From the NCBI GenBank assembly GCA_964606715.1, contig CAZSHT010000001.1:1-40630 (forward strand): a stretch of 40,630 nt of DNA, written 5' to 3'. Shown here in pieces: positions 16,638 to 25,188 of the stretch. The DNA is from an uncultured Bacteroidales bacterium (lineage in GTDB: Bacteria > Bacteroidota > Bacteroidia > Bacteroidales > JALTDM01). Both the position numbers and the translations under genes were made by a program. The notes below the pieces were generated by a model. It made no database searches, had not been told where the DNA came from, and saw only the letters and a program-made list of their open reading frames with translations. The first letter of the stretch is position 1. The number at the start of each line of letters is the position of its first letter.

Positions 16638-18002
16638 TTATTTTTCGCCTTTCGAGATTTTATCAAATTCGTCGAGTGACATTTCTTTTTTGTCAAGGCT
16701 TACTTTTTCCTTCAAGGTGTTGATTACTTTTTGCTCTTTCAGGCGATCGTAAATCTTATTGACCTCTTGTTCGTTTTTTAGTATTTCTGCACTATACGAT
16801 TCAATTTGGTCGTCGGTAAGCTGATACATTCCGTATTGATAAAACATCTCACGCGTATATTGTGCTGCTTCGGCTTTTATCTCATCATTTTCTATTTTGA
16901 TATCAAATTCTTTTACCAAAGCATCTAGCAAAATAGACCATCTCAGGTTATCGGCAAACAGTGGATATTCTTTTTCCAAGATCTCATCGGTGATGAGCTC
17001 TTTGTCTTTGGCAGTTTCTACCAACCAGCGTTTTAAGAAATCATCAGGAAGGGTTATTGAAAATTGTTCCAAAAGTACTTTCTTTAAATCTTTTTTCAGT
17101 TGATAGTCCGACTCCAAAAGCAGATTTTTATTGATTTCTTCTATCACTTTATTTTTAAATTCTTCTTCTGTTTTCACTTCTTCGCCAAAGGCTTTTTTGA
17201 AAAGCTCTTCATCAACTTTGGCGGGCACAAATTCAGTAACCTTAGAAATGGTAAATTTAAATGGAGTATTTACTGTTTCTACGGCTTCTTTTTTGATATT
17301 AAAAACATGTGGTAATTCAGCTTCAAGAAGGGCTTCTTTGGGGTTGAGAACAAGGCTGTCACCAACATGTAATTTCAATAATTCCTCTTTTATTTTTTCA
17401 TCGGTCAAATAGCGTGGCAAAAGCATTGAATCATCAACGGTAATTCCCTCTGACAGAGGGTTGTTGTCTTTGTCAAGTTGTTCAAACTTACCGTATACCA
17501 AATTATTGTCATCAGTAACGGCATCGGTTTCTTCGTTAGTTCCAAAACGATGTTGATAATTTTTGATATAATCGTTAATAATCTTTTCGTCGGGTGTAAT
17601 GGTATAGAACGGTACTTTGATGTTTTCATCAACATGAGTTTCTATTTCGGGAATCATTCCCAAATCAAAATAAAACTTAAATTCACTTGGATTTTCCCAA
17701 TCGACAACGGCTTCTTTATCGTTTGAAGTTAATGGCTCTCCAAAAATCTTTAAGCGTTCTTTTTGCAAATAATTTGTCAACGATTCATTCAGCAATTTAT
17801 GTATTTCATCGACCAATACCGATTGTCCGAATCGTTTTTTGATGATTTGTGAAGGAATATTTCCTTTTCTAAATCCGGGAAGGTCGGCTTCTCGTTTCAA
17901 TTTTTTAAAAGCAGCATCTATTTTTGGTTGATAATCTTCCGGCGAAAGAACTATTTCTAAGATTGCTGTTAAATCTTCTTTTTTGTCAAGTTGAATATGC
18001 AT
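16638..18002 (-). CDS. tig: trigger factor (ribosome-associated peptidyl-prolyl isomerase/chaperone)
   Basis: 454 aa. The ribosome-binding signature region LPGFRKGNIPSQIIKKRFG is near the N-terminus. The synteny is the classical tig-clpP-clpX arrangement. Confidence 0.93.
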   Translation of the reverse strand: MHIQLDKKEDLTAILEIVLSPEDYQPKIDAAFKKLKREADLPGFRKGNIPSQIIKKRFGQSVLVDEIHKLLNESLTNYLQKERLKIFGEPLTSNDKEAVVDWENPSEFKFYFDLGMIPEIETHVDENIKVPFYTITPDEKIINDYIKNYQHRFGTNEETDAVTDDNNLVYGKFEQLDKDNNPLSEGITVDDSMLLPRYLTDEKIKEELLKLHVGDSLVLNPKEALLEAELPHVFNIKKEAVETVNTPFKFTISKVTEFVPAKVDEELFKKAFGEEVKTEEEFKNKVIEEINKNLLLESDYQLKKDLKKVLLEQFSITLPDDFLKRWLVETAKDKELITDEILEKEYPLFADNLRWSILLDALVKEFDIKIENDEIKAEAAQYTREMFYQYGMYQLTDDQIESYSAEILKNEQEVNKIYDRLKEQKVINTLKEKVSLDKKEMSLDEFDKISKGEK

Positions 18003-18028
18003 AAGTTAAGCAGTTAAAATTAATAAAT

Positions 18029-18063
18029 AAAAAAATCGCTTTCGCGTATATAGTTGAAAGCGA
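18029..18063 (-). terminator. rho-independent terminator after tRNA-Leu(TAG)
   Basis: An 8-bp stem, tcgctttc (18036-18043) pairing with gaaagcga (18056-18063), and a 12-nt loop. On the minus strand the hairpin is followed by T7 (plus-strand A-run at 18029-18035). It begins 9 nt after the tRNA 3' end. Confidence 0.65.
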
Positions 18064-18071
18064 AGGTTTTG

Positions 18072-18153
18072 TGCGGATGAAGGGACTCGAACCCATACAC
18101 CTTTCGGAACTAGATCCTAAGTCTAGCGCGTCTACCAATTTCGCCACATCCGC
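18072..18153 (-). tRNA. tRNA-Leu (anticodon TAG)
   Basis: The reverse complement folds as GCGGATG/CATCCGC acceptor stem plus A; D-arm GGCGAAATTGGTAGACGC; anticodon stem CTAGA/TCTAG with loop CTTAGGA; long variable arm; T-arm GGGTTCGAGTCCC. The 80-aa track ORF 17986-18228 overlapping it is spurious. Confidence 0.93.
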
Positions 18154-18167
18154 AAAATTTTGAGCGA

Positions 18168-18175
18168 CAAAGATA
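18168..18175 (-). promoter_or_regulatory. -7 box TATCTTTG for tRNA-Leu(TAG)
   Basis: The plus strand reads caaagata, whose reverse complement TATCTTTG is an exact TAnnTTTG match. It lies 15 nt upstream of the mature tRNA 5' end. Confidence 0.45.
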
Positions 18176-18206
18176 AAAAAATATTTTGTCAGTAATTCTA
18201 TTTTTT

Positions 18207-18214
18207 TAACTTTG
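18207..18214 (+). promoter_or_regulatory. -7 box TAACTTTG for the PD40-OmpA gene
   Basis: Exact TAnnTTTG match, 20 nt upstream of the ATG at 18234. It is divergent from the tRNA promoter 32 nt away. Confidence 0.45.
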
Positions 18215-18233
18215 AGCAATAAAAACACGCAAT

Positions 18234-20327
18234 ATGAGGAAAACGATTACATTATTGTTCACTTTGTTGATAGCATTTTCAACGATAGCACAGGTTCAAG
18301 TGCTTGATCCAAATGCAAAAAAAGAAGATGAGAAGAAGAAAAGAGATTCCATTATTAATGCTGTACAATGGGCATCGAAAGTAATAAAATATTCTTCTCA
18401 ATTTAGCAAAACAGAAAAATCCGCCAATATGGTTTTAGGCAAACCAAATGTGTTGCCTCGTGGTGGTGATGCTCCTACTGCTTGGATGGTAAAAGTAAAG
18501 CACGGTGAAGAAATTAACAAACCGGCTTATATCAAAGTAGGATATGACTCCGCTATTTATGTGAAGCAAGTGGCTGTAGCCGAAAGCTTTAATCCGGGTG
18601 CTATTACGGAAATCACTTTATATGGAGTCAACAAAGAAAAACAAACGGTATATACCAACACTAACATTCATTCCTTACCAATGAAATCTCGAATGTTTAA
18701 TGTTTGGTTGAAAGAACCTACTAAGTTTAAAGTTAATGTTGTAGAAGTAAAGTTGTTGCCCGGCGAAGTTTCCGGATTTAACGAAATAGATGCTATTGGC
18801 ATTTCTGATAGAGATGATACTATAAAGGCATACATTAATTTGATACCCGACTTGGTGTATCCGAAACCACCCGAACGATTAAACACAAATGTAAATACAG
18901 AATATGATGATATTGCTCCGTTAATTTCTCCTGATGGAAAATCGCTTTATTTTGATAGACATAATTACCCGGAAAATGTAGGTGGAATAAATGACTATGA
19001 CGACATTTGGGTATCTGATTATGTGGATGGTGATTGGGCAAAAGCAAAAAATATCGGTTATCCTTTAAATAATCAATACAATAATTTCGTACAGTCTATT
19101 ACACCTGATAATAATGCCTTATTGCTTGCTAATGTATATGATGAAGAAGATAGTTCCATGCGCGAAGGATTATCCATCACTTATCGTGACATTGAAGGTT
19201 GGAGTTATCCGAAAGAACAAGTTATTGAAGACTTTTACAACAAAAGTCCTTTTGTAAACTTTTTCTTAACCAATGATGGTATGACATTATTAATGGCCGT
19301 AAAACGAAAAGACGGTTACAATAGTTTGGACTTATATGTTTCTTTTTTGAAAGGAGAAAACCATTGGTCAGCACCCAAAAATTTAGGACCGATAATTAAT
19401 ACTTATGCCGATGATTACAGTCCGTTCTTGGCTGCCGATGGTGTTACATTATTTTATTCTACTGCCGGACATTCAGGATATGGTGGAGCCGATATTTTTA
19501 TGTCGAAACGATTAGATGATACTTGGACCAATTGGTCGGAACCACAAAACCTGGGAAATGTATTGAATAGTGAAAAAAATGACTCAAAATACAACATTCC
19601 TGCTTCCGGAGAATATGCTTATTTCTCGTCTGATCATAATAGTATCGGTAAAAACGACATCTTCCGTATCAAATTACCGGAAAAAGTGAAACCAAAACCG
19701 GTTGTATTGGTACCGGGTATTGTTGTTAGTGCAAAAACAGGAGAGCCGTTAGATGCTGAAATTAGAGTGGAAGAGTTGCCAAGCGGAAAACAAGTTGTGG
19801 TAGCTCGAACAGATCCTAAAACAGGACGATTCAAATTTATTGTTCAGCCCGGGAAAAAATATGGATTTACTGCGCATAAAGAAGGTTATACTGACGACAG
19901 CAAAAGCATTGATGTAACACAAATTACAGAATATACCGAATGGGAAGAAGTTGAGTTGCGACTTGGTTTAATAGAAGTTGGTCAGGTTATTAAATTGAAT
20001 AATATATTCTTTAATACCGCAAAAGCTACTTTGAAACCCGAATCATTTCCCGAATTGGACAGAGCTGTTAAGTTCTTAAATGATAATCCGAAAATTAAAG
20101 TGGAAATTGCCGGCCATACCGATAGCAGAGGAAGCGATCGCTCCAATTTAATTTTATCACAAAACAGAGCTAATTCGGTGATGAATTACCTTATACAACA
20201 TGGTGTGAAAAAGAATCGTATGATAGCCAAAGGATATGGTGAACGCCAACCGATAGCTTTTAATACCACTGTTGAAGGTCGTGCCGCTAACCGCCGTGTT
20301 GAATTTAGAATCTTGAAGGTTAAATAA
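18234..20327 (+). CDS. OmpA-family envelope protein: unassigned N-terminal beta-rich domain + PD40/TolB-like repeats + carboxypeptidase-regulatory-like domain + C-terminal OmpA peptidoglycan-binding domain
   Basis: 697 aa with signal peptide MRKTITLLFTLLIAFSTIAQV. PD40-like units (DDIAPLISPDGKSLYFDR, DDYSPFLAADGVTLFYST). A CarboxypepD_reg-like segment (VPGIVVSAKTGEPLDAEIRVEE...KKYGFTAHKEGY). An OmpA_C module (FFNTAKATLKPES...IAGHTDSRGSDRSNLILSQNRANSV...ANRRVEFRI). Confidence 0.85.
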   Translation: MRKTITLLFTLLIAFSTIAQVQVLDPNAKKEDEKKKRDSIINAVQWASKVIKYSSQFSKTEKSANMVLGKPNVLPRGGDAPTAWMVKVKHGEEINKPAYIKVGYDSAIYVKQVAVAESFNPGAITEITLYGVNKEKQTVYTNTNIHSLPMKSRMFNVWLKEPTKFKVNVVEVKLLPGEVSGFNEIDAIGISDRDDTIKAYINLIPDLVYPKPPERLNTNVNTEYDDIAPLISPDGKSLYFDRHNYPENVGGINDYDDIWVSDYVDGDWAKAKNIGYPLNNQYNNFVQSITPDNNALLLANVYDEEDSSMREGLSITYRDIEGWSYPKEQVIEDFYNKSPFVNFFLTNDGMTLLMAVKRKDGYNSLDLYVSFLKGENHWSAPKNLGPIINTYADDYSPFLAADGVTLFYSTAGHSGYGGADIFMSKRLDDTWTNWSEPQNLGNVLNSEKNDSKYNIPASGEYAYFSSDHNSIGKNDIFRIKLPEKVKPKPVVLVPGIVVSAKTGEPLDAEIRVEELPSGKQVVVARTDPKTGRFKFIVQPGKKYGFTAHKEGYTDDSKSIDVTQITEYTEWEEVELRLGLIEVGQVIKLNNIFFNTAKATLKPESFPELDRAVKFLNDNPKIKVEIAGHTDSRGSDRSNLILSQNRANSVMNYLIQHGVKKNRMIAKGYGERQPIAFNTTVEGRAANRRVEFRILKVK

Positions 20328-20356
20328 CTTATTCTCAGAACTTTTTACTTATAAAA

Positions 20357-20389
20357 AAGGAGAGGGCTTAACGATGCCTCTCCTTTTTT
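20357..20389 (+). terminator. rho-independent terminator after the PD40-OmpA gene
   Basis: A 9-bp stem, aaggagagg (20357-20365) pairing with cctctcctt (20377-20385), an 11-nt loop, then a T-run (20386-20389). An A-run upstream could extend the stem. Confidence 0.75.
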
Positions 20390-20447
20390 ATTTTTATTTT
20401 GATTCTTCTTTAAAATTGTTATAACTTGCCTATTCAAAATTGTTCGA

Positions 20448-23400
20448 TTGATGAAACAACGATTTACCCTATTATTGTTATTGTTGTTTTCACTGTTTGC
20501 ATTTTCGCAAGAAGACGGATTTGTAGAAAATAAAGGCCAATGGGATAATCGTATATTGTACAAAAAGAGCTTGAACGACGGTGCTTTATTTCTTGAAAAA
20601 AACAAGTTAACCTATAATTTTGTTTCCATGGACGATGTCAATCTTTCGGAAGCACATCACCAAGGGAAAAGAAAAATTATCGACACCGTTCATTATCATT
20701 CTTTTTATATCGAATTTAAAAATCAAACTAACGAAAATCTTTCTATTGAAGCCGCCTGTGTCGCGTCGGATTATGTCAATTATTTTATCGGAAACGACCA
20801 AAGCAAATGGGCTTCACATGTACATTATTATGGTGATATTACTTATAAGAATTTATATGACGGCATTGATATGCAATTGTTTTCCGAAGGCAATTCTTTG
20901 GAAACAGAATTTAAGATAGCTCCAAAATCCAATCCTAATAATATAGAAATGGTATATCACGGAGGTGTAAAATTATCGTTAGACATTTACGGAAATCTAC
21001 ACATCAAAACTTCTGTAAACGAGATGATAGAAAAAGCTCCTATTGCATATCAAGAAGTTAATGGAAAGAAAAATCTGGTAGATATATTTTGGATTTTGAA
21101 AGATAGTGTTGTCCAGTTTAAACTGGGGAAATACGACAAACGAAAGCCTCTTATCCTTGATCCGCATCTTGTTTTTGCTACTTATTCCGGTTCGAATGGC
21201 GACAATTGGGGCTTTACCGCTACCTATGATCACGATGGGAATGTTTATTCCGGAGGAATTGTTTTTGAAACAGGGTATCCGACCAATACAGGAGCTTATC
21301 AAGAAGTTTTCCAAGGTGGTGTTGGCGTTGGTAGTCATCAAATTTATTCTCATGGTTGTGATGTGGGAATTATAAAATACAATTCGACAGGTGTGCACCG
21401 GTTGTATGCTACTTATTTAGGTGGAAGGACAGGCGAAGAATTACCACACAGTCTTGTTGTGGACAAAGACAACAACCTTCTGATTTTCGGAACGACAGGC
21501 TCTTGGGATTTCCCGATGACACATAATGCTTGGGATCCGTCATTTAATGGAGGTTCTGCTTTGACCTACGATAATGTTGTGTTGTTTCCGCAAGGTATTG
21601 ATATTTATGTGGCAAAATTGAGCGAAGACGGAAGTAATCTGTTGGCATCGACTTATGTTGGCGGTACCGGCAATGACGGATTGAATTTTCGGGATTATTA
21701 TGCCAATGGTAATATTATTATGGTTGGGAATGATTCGTTGTATTATAATTATGCCGACGGTGCCAGAGGTGAGATAGTTACTGATGATGATGGAAATGTT
21801 TATGTGGGGACAACTTCTTTTTCTTCGGATTTTCCGACCACAGCCACAAGTTTTGATCCGACATTCAACGGCAAGCAAGAAGGTGTCGTTTTCAAATTAA
21901 ACAGTAACCTGAATTATCTGATATGGTCGTCATATTTGGGTGGTAATAACGATGATGCTATTTACTCCATTACTTTCGACAAAGACCAAGATGTGTATGT
22001 CGCCGGAGGTAGTGTGTCTCACAATATGCCGACAACGCAAGGTGTTGTAGAACCCCATTTTAACGGTGGAACAACCGATGGGTTTGTTGCCCATATCAGC
22101 AAAAACGGGCAAACCCTCAAAGCTCTGACATATATTGGCTCTCCTGCCTACGATCAATGTTATTTTGTTCGTACCGACAAACAAAAAGATGTGTATGTTG
22201 TAGGACAGACAAAAGCATCGGGATATACTTTTATCAAAAATGCCGCTTACAACAAGCCCAACAGCGGTCAATTTATTGTTCATCTGAACAACGACCTGAA
22301 TAACATCATTTGGTCAACAGCATTTGGAACGGGAAGTGGTAAACCCAACATTTCCATCTCGGCATTTGAGGTTGATATTTGTCGCCGTATCTTTGTATCG
22401 GGGTGGGGGCGAGAATGGGCAGGAAATTGGAATACCATACAAGGTACCAAAGGAATGGATATTACCGCCAATGCAACACAGACCCAAACCGATGGACAAG
22501 ATTTTTATGTGATGGCTTTAGAATCTGATGCGTCAGCATTAGATTATGCTACATTTTTTGGAGAATTACATTATTCCGATTGTTATTACAGCGGTCACGA
22601 TCATGTCGATGGTGGTACCAGCCGATTGGATTCGAAAGGAAATATCTATCAAGCTATTTGTGCCAGCTGTGGAGGCTGTGACAGAATACCTACCTATCCC
22701 GATAGTGTATGGTCGAAACACAACGGAGCTGCTCCAAATCACAATTGCAACAATGCCGTCTTTCGATTAAATATTTTTGAAGACTATGCTTATGCTGATT
22801 TTAGTGTCCCTACACCGGTGTGTGCTCCTGCAGAAGTACGCATTGCCAACAAAAGTACAGGGAAATACTTTTATTGGGATTTTGGAGACGGAACAACTTC
22901 TACGGAAAAAAATCCGCCGGCACATACTTATCCACAAGTTGGAACTTATACCATTACCTTAATCGTAACAGATTCATCATCGTGTAACATTAGTGATACC
23001 GTAAAAAAAACAATACAAGTGATGGGCGGTATCGGAAATGATACTTTATCGCCGGTTACGATGTGTCAAGGCGAAAGCGTTCAAATAGGACTTAACAACG
23101 GAAGCTCAACAGCATCTTATTGGTGGACACCCAATCATCATATCTCAGACAACACCGAAATGGCACCCTATGTTTACCCCGACACCTCAATGTATTATAC
23201 TTTGATTGTCGATAATGGCGTTTGTGTCGACACATTAAGTCAATATGTCGAAGTGTTCGGTGCCGAATCACAAATAGGAACACAAGATTCTGTATTGTGC
23301 CACAGTGGAACGATTCGGTTATTTGCAAAAAATGCCGATAGCAATTACCAATATGTTTGGGCCTCTTCATTGTCATTTAGTGACACCCTAAATGACAATA

Positions 23401-25184
23401 TCCATGATACCGACATTAATGTGTATTTACATGTAGGTGAGACATCAAAATATTATCTCTTGTCAATTAATGACCATGGGTGCAAAGCTGTTGACTCTAT
23501 CTTGGTCATTGCCGACAGCACCACCATTGCCATCAAAGATACTTCCTTGACGACTTGTTACGGAACTTGCGACGGAAAGGTGAATTTTATTTCGGAAGGT
23601 TTTTTGCCATTTACATATCATTGGAACAATGGATATGATTCTTCACAAGCATCTTCGCTGTGTGCAGGAGATTATACGGTAGAAATGACCGATGCCCTCG
23701 GCTGTCGCGATACGATAGATTTCACCATATTGCAACCGGATTCCGTAATAATTGATTTGGTCAATCAAACAAAAACAGGATGTGGCGATAGTGCAGCCAC
23801 AGGAACGGCTACGGTCTTAGCATCGGGAGGCGGAGGAACACCCTACACCTATCAATGGTCTAATGGCGACACTTCTGCAACGGCAGACAGCTTGTATGCG
23901 CGAAAATATATTGTAACCGTAACCGATGGCAGGGGCTGTTCGATGCAAAAAACGGTGTTTATAAAAGACACCTCACAACTGCACATTACCGTATCGGTAT
24001 ATCCGATTGCTTGCTATGGTAATACTACCGGAAAAATAAGTATCGACACCGTTGAAAAAGGCAAAGAACCCTATGCTTGTACATGGTCTACCGGTGATAC
24101 TACTTTTACAATAGACAGTTTATCTGCCGGCGATTATTCATTGACACTTATTGATGCCAATCAATGTTATCGATTTGTAGATACTTCTCTTCAACAATCA
24201 CCACCTATTCATTTCGAAATTCTAAAACACCCTATTTTGTGTTATGGCGAAAAAGCACTTGTGAAAATACGAAATATAATAGGAGGTACTCCGCCTTATG
24301 TATATTATTGGTCAGATAACACCGATGATACAGATTTTGCTTATTATCCGGAAGGAAGTCATATGGTTGTTGTAGCCGATGCTCACAACTGTTATGATAC
24401 CATTAAATTTTCTTTGACACAACCACAAAAATTAGTAATTAACTCCGATGTTGTAAATCAGCTATGTTCATCATCTTGCAACGGACATATTTATCTTTCG
24501 GTATTGGGCGGAACAAAGCCCTATAAGTATGAATGGAATACCGGCGAAATAGCACCCTATAAAGAGGCTGTTTGCGAAGGTACTTATTCGGTTACGGTAA
24601 CCGATGCTAACCGTTGTCAAGAAGAACGATTTTTCGATGTTTACAACGAGCAATACATTCCGCCTATCGACATTGAGGTTGCCAATAACCACATTTTCAA
24701 AGGGCAGTCTGTCGTTCTCAATGCGATACCGTCGTCTTATGAAACTTATTCATGGATGCCTCACAATACTCTTCATCTGTATCATACCGCAGCACCTATT
24801 GCGACACCCGACAAAGACACCATTACCTATAACTTATCCATTATCGACAGTAACGGCTGTCGCAATCAAGATACCGTTACTATTTATTTAGATGATTTTT
24901 CGTGTGGCGATCCTTATATTTATGTGCCTAATGCTTTTACTCCAAATGGTGATGGAAAAAATGATATTTTATATGTATATGGCGGTGTTATCGATTATTT
25001 TTATTTTGCCATTTTCGATCGTTGGGGAGAACTGATTTTTGAAACAACCAATATCAACCAAGGGTGGGACGGCACCTACAACGGAAAACCCCTTGATCCG
25101 GCAGTATTTGTCTATCATTTGGAGGCAACTTGTATCAACAAACAGAAATATGTGAAGAATGGCAATATCACTCTGATACGCTAG
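20448..25184 (+). CDS. very large cell-surface adhesin-like protein: SBBP-type beta-propeller repeats, PKD domain, five SprB-type repeats, T9SS type B (gliding-motility-associated) C-terminal sorting domain
   Basis: 1578 aa. The track start at 20448 is a TTG immediately followed by an ATG at 20451, which is the likely true start (MKQRFTLLLLLLFSLFAFSQ, a signal peptide). Repeated YLGG..DD...I..D..GNVYV.G.T.S.DFP units. A PKD signature WDFGDGTTSTEKNPPAHTYPQVGTYTITL. The C-terminus YVPNAFTPNGDGKNDILYVYG...FAIFDRWGELIFE...GWDGTYNGKPLDPAVFVYHLE matches the type B CTD (CHU_C-like) pattern. Confidence 0.88.
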   Translation: MMKQRFTLLLLLLFSLFAFSQEDGFVENKGQWDNRILYKKSLNDGALFLEKNKLTYNFVSMDDVNLSEAHHQGKRKIIDTVHYHSFYIEFKNQTNENLSIEAACVASDYVNYFIGNDQSKWASHVHYYGDITYKNLYDGIDMQLFSEGNSLETEFKIAPKSNPNNIEMVYHGGVKLSLDIYGNLHIKTSVNEMIEKAPIAYQEVNGKKNLVDIFWILKDSVVQFKLGKYDKRKPLILDPHLVFATYSGSNGDNWGFTATYDHDGNVYSGGIVFETGYPTNTGAYQEVFQGGVGVGSHQIYSHGCDVGIIKYNSTGVHRLYATYLGGRTGEELPHSLVVDKDNNLLIFGTTGSWDFPMTHNAWDPSFNGGSALTYDNVVLFPQGIDIYVAKLSEDGSNLLASTYVGGTGNDGLNFRDYYANGNIIMVGNDSLYYNYADGARGEIVTDDDGNVYVGTTSFSSDFPTTATSFDPTFNGKQEGVVFKLNSNLNYLIWSSYLGGNNDDAIYSITFDKDQDVYVAGGSVSHNMPTTQGVVEPHFNGGTTDGFVAHISKNGQTLKALTYIGSPAYDQCYFVRTDKQKDVYVVGQTKASGYTFIKNAAYNKPNSGQFIVHLNNDLNNIIWSTAFGTGSGKPNISISAFEVDICRRIFVSGWGREWAGNWNTIQGTKGMDITANATQTQTDGQDFYVMALESDASALDYATFFGELHYSDCYYSGHDHVDGGTSRLDSKGNIYQAICASCGGCDRIPTYPDSVWSKHNGAAPNHNCNNAVFRLNIFEDYAYADFSVPTPVCAPAEVRIANKSTGKYFYWDFGDGTTSTEKNPPAHTYPQVGTYTITLIVTDSSSCNISDTVKKTIQVMGGIGNDTLSPVTMCQGESVQIGLNNGSSTASYWWTPNHHISDNTEMAPYVYPDTSMYYTLIVDNGVCVDTLSQYVEVFGAESQIGTQDSVLCHSGTIRLFAKNADSNYQYVWASSLSFSDTLNDNIHDTDINVYLHVGETSKYYLLSINDHGCKAVDSILVIADSTTIAIKDTSLTTCYGTCDGKVNFISEGFLPFTYHWNNGYDSSQASSLCAGDYTVEMTDALGCRDTIDFTILQPDSVIIDLVNQTKTGCGDSAATGTATVLASGGGGTPYTYQWSNGDTSATADSLYARKYIVTVTDGRGCSMQKTVFIKDTSQLHITVSVYPIACYGNTTGKISIDTVEKGKEPYACTWSTGDTTFTIDSLSAGDYSLTLIDANQCYRFVDTSLQQSPPIHFEILKHPILCYGEKALVKIRNIIGGTPPYVYYWSDNTDDTDFAYYPEGSHMVVVADAHNCYDTIKFSLTQPQKLVINSDVVNQLCSSSCNGHIYLSVLGGTKPYKYEWNTGEIAPYKEAVCEGTYSVTVTDANRCQEERFFDVYNEQYIPPIDIEVANNHIFKGQSVVLNAIPSSYETYSWMPHNTLHLYHTAAPIATPDKDTITYNLSIIDSNGCRNQDTVTIYLDDFSCGDPYIYVPNAFTPNGDGKNDILYVYGGVIDYFYFAIFDRWGELIFETTNINQGWDGTYNGKPLDPAVFVYHLEATCINKQKYVKNGNITLIR
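23526..24650 (+). repeat. five tandem ~75-aa cysteine-framed SprB-type repeats inside the adhesin CDS
   Basis: Each unit follows a C-x-G/S-x-x-x-G ... G-x-x-P-Y-x-Y-x-W ... Y-x-V-T/L-V/I-x-D-x-x-x-C pattern. Examples: CYGTCDGKVNF...PFTYHWNNG...YTVEMTDALGC; GCGDSAATGTA...PYTYQWSNG...YIVTVTDGRGC; CYGNTTGKISI...PYACTWSTG...YSLTLIDANQC; CYGEKALVKIR...PYVYYWSDN...HMVVVADAHNC; CSSSCNGHIYL...PYKYEWNTG...YSVTVTDANRC. The repeats are diverged at the DNA level. Confidence 0.65.
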
Positions 25185-25188
25185 TCTG

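Noticed and set aside
14658-18002. tig-clpP-clpX considered as part of a novel protease-based system.
   Set aside because: This is the canonical, widely conserved housekeeping arrangement with all catalytic motifs intact and no accessory genes attached.
17986-18228. An 80-aa minus-strand ORF in the track.
   Set aside because: It is read straight through tRNA-Leu(TAG) and its terminator, so it is an artefact of ORF calling.
20412-20444. Direct 9-nt repeat aaaattgtt (20412-20420 and 20436-20444) upstream of the adhesin gene, as a possible operator.
   Set aside because: The repeat is short and AT-rich in an AT-rich leader, so it is easily a chance occurrence. There is no dyad symmetry and no nearby regulator gene. 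I noted it only as a place to look if the adhesin's regulation is studied.
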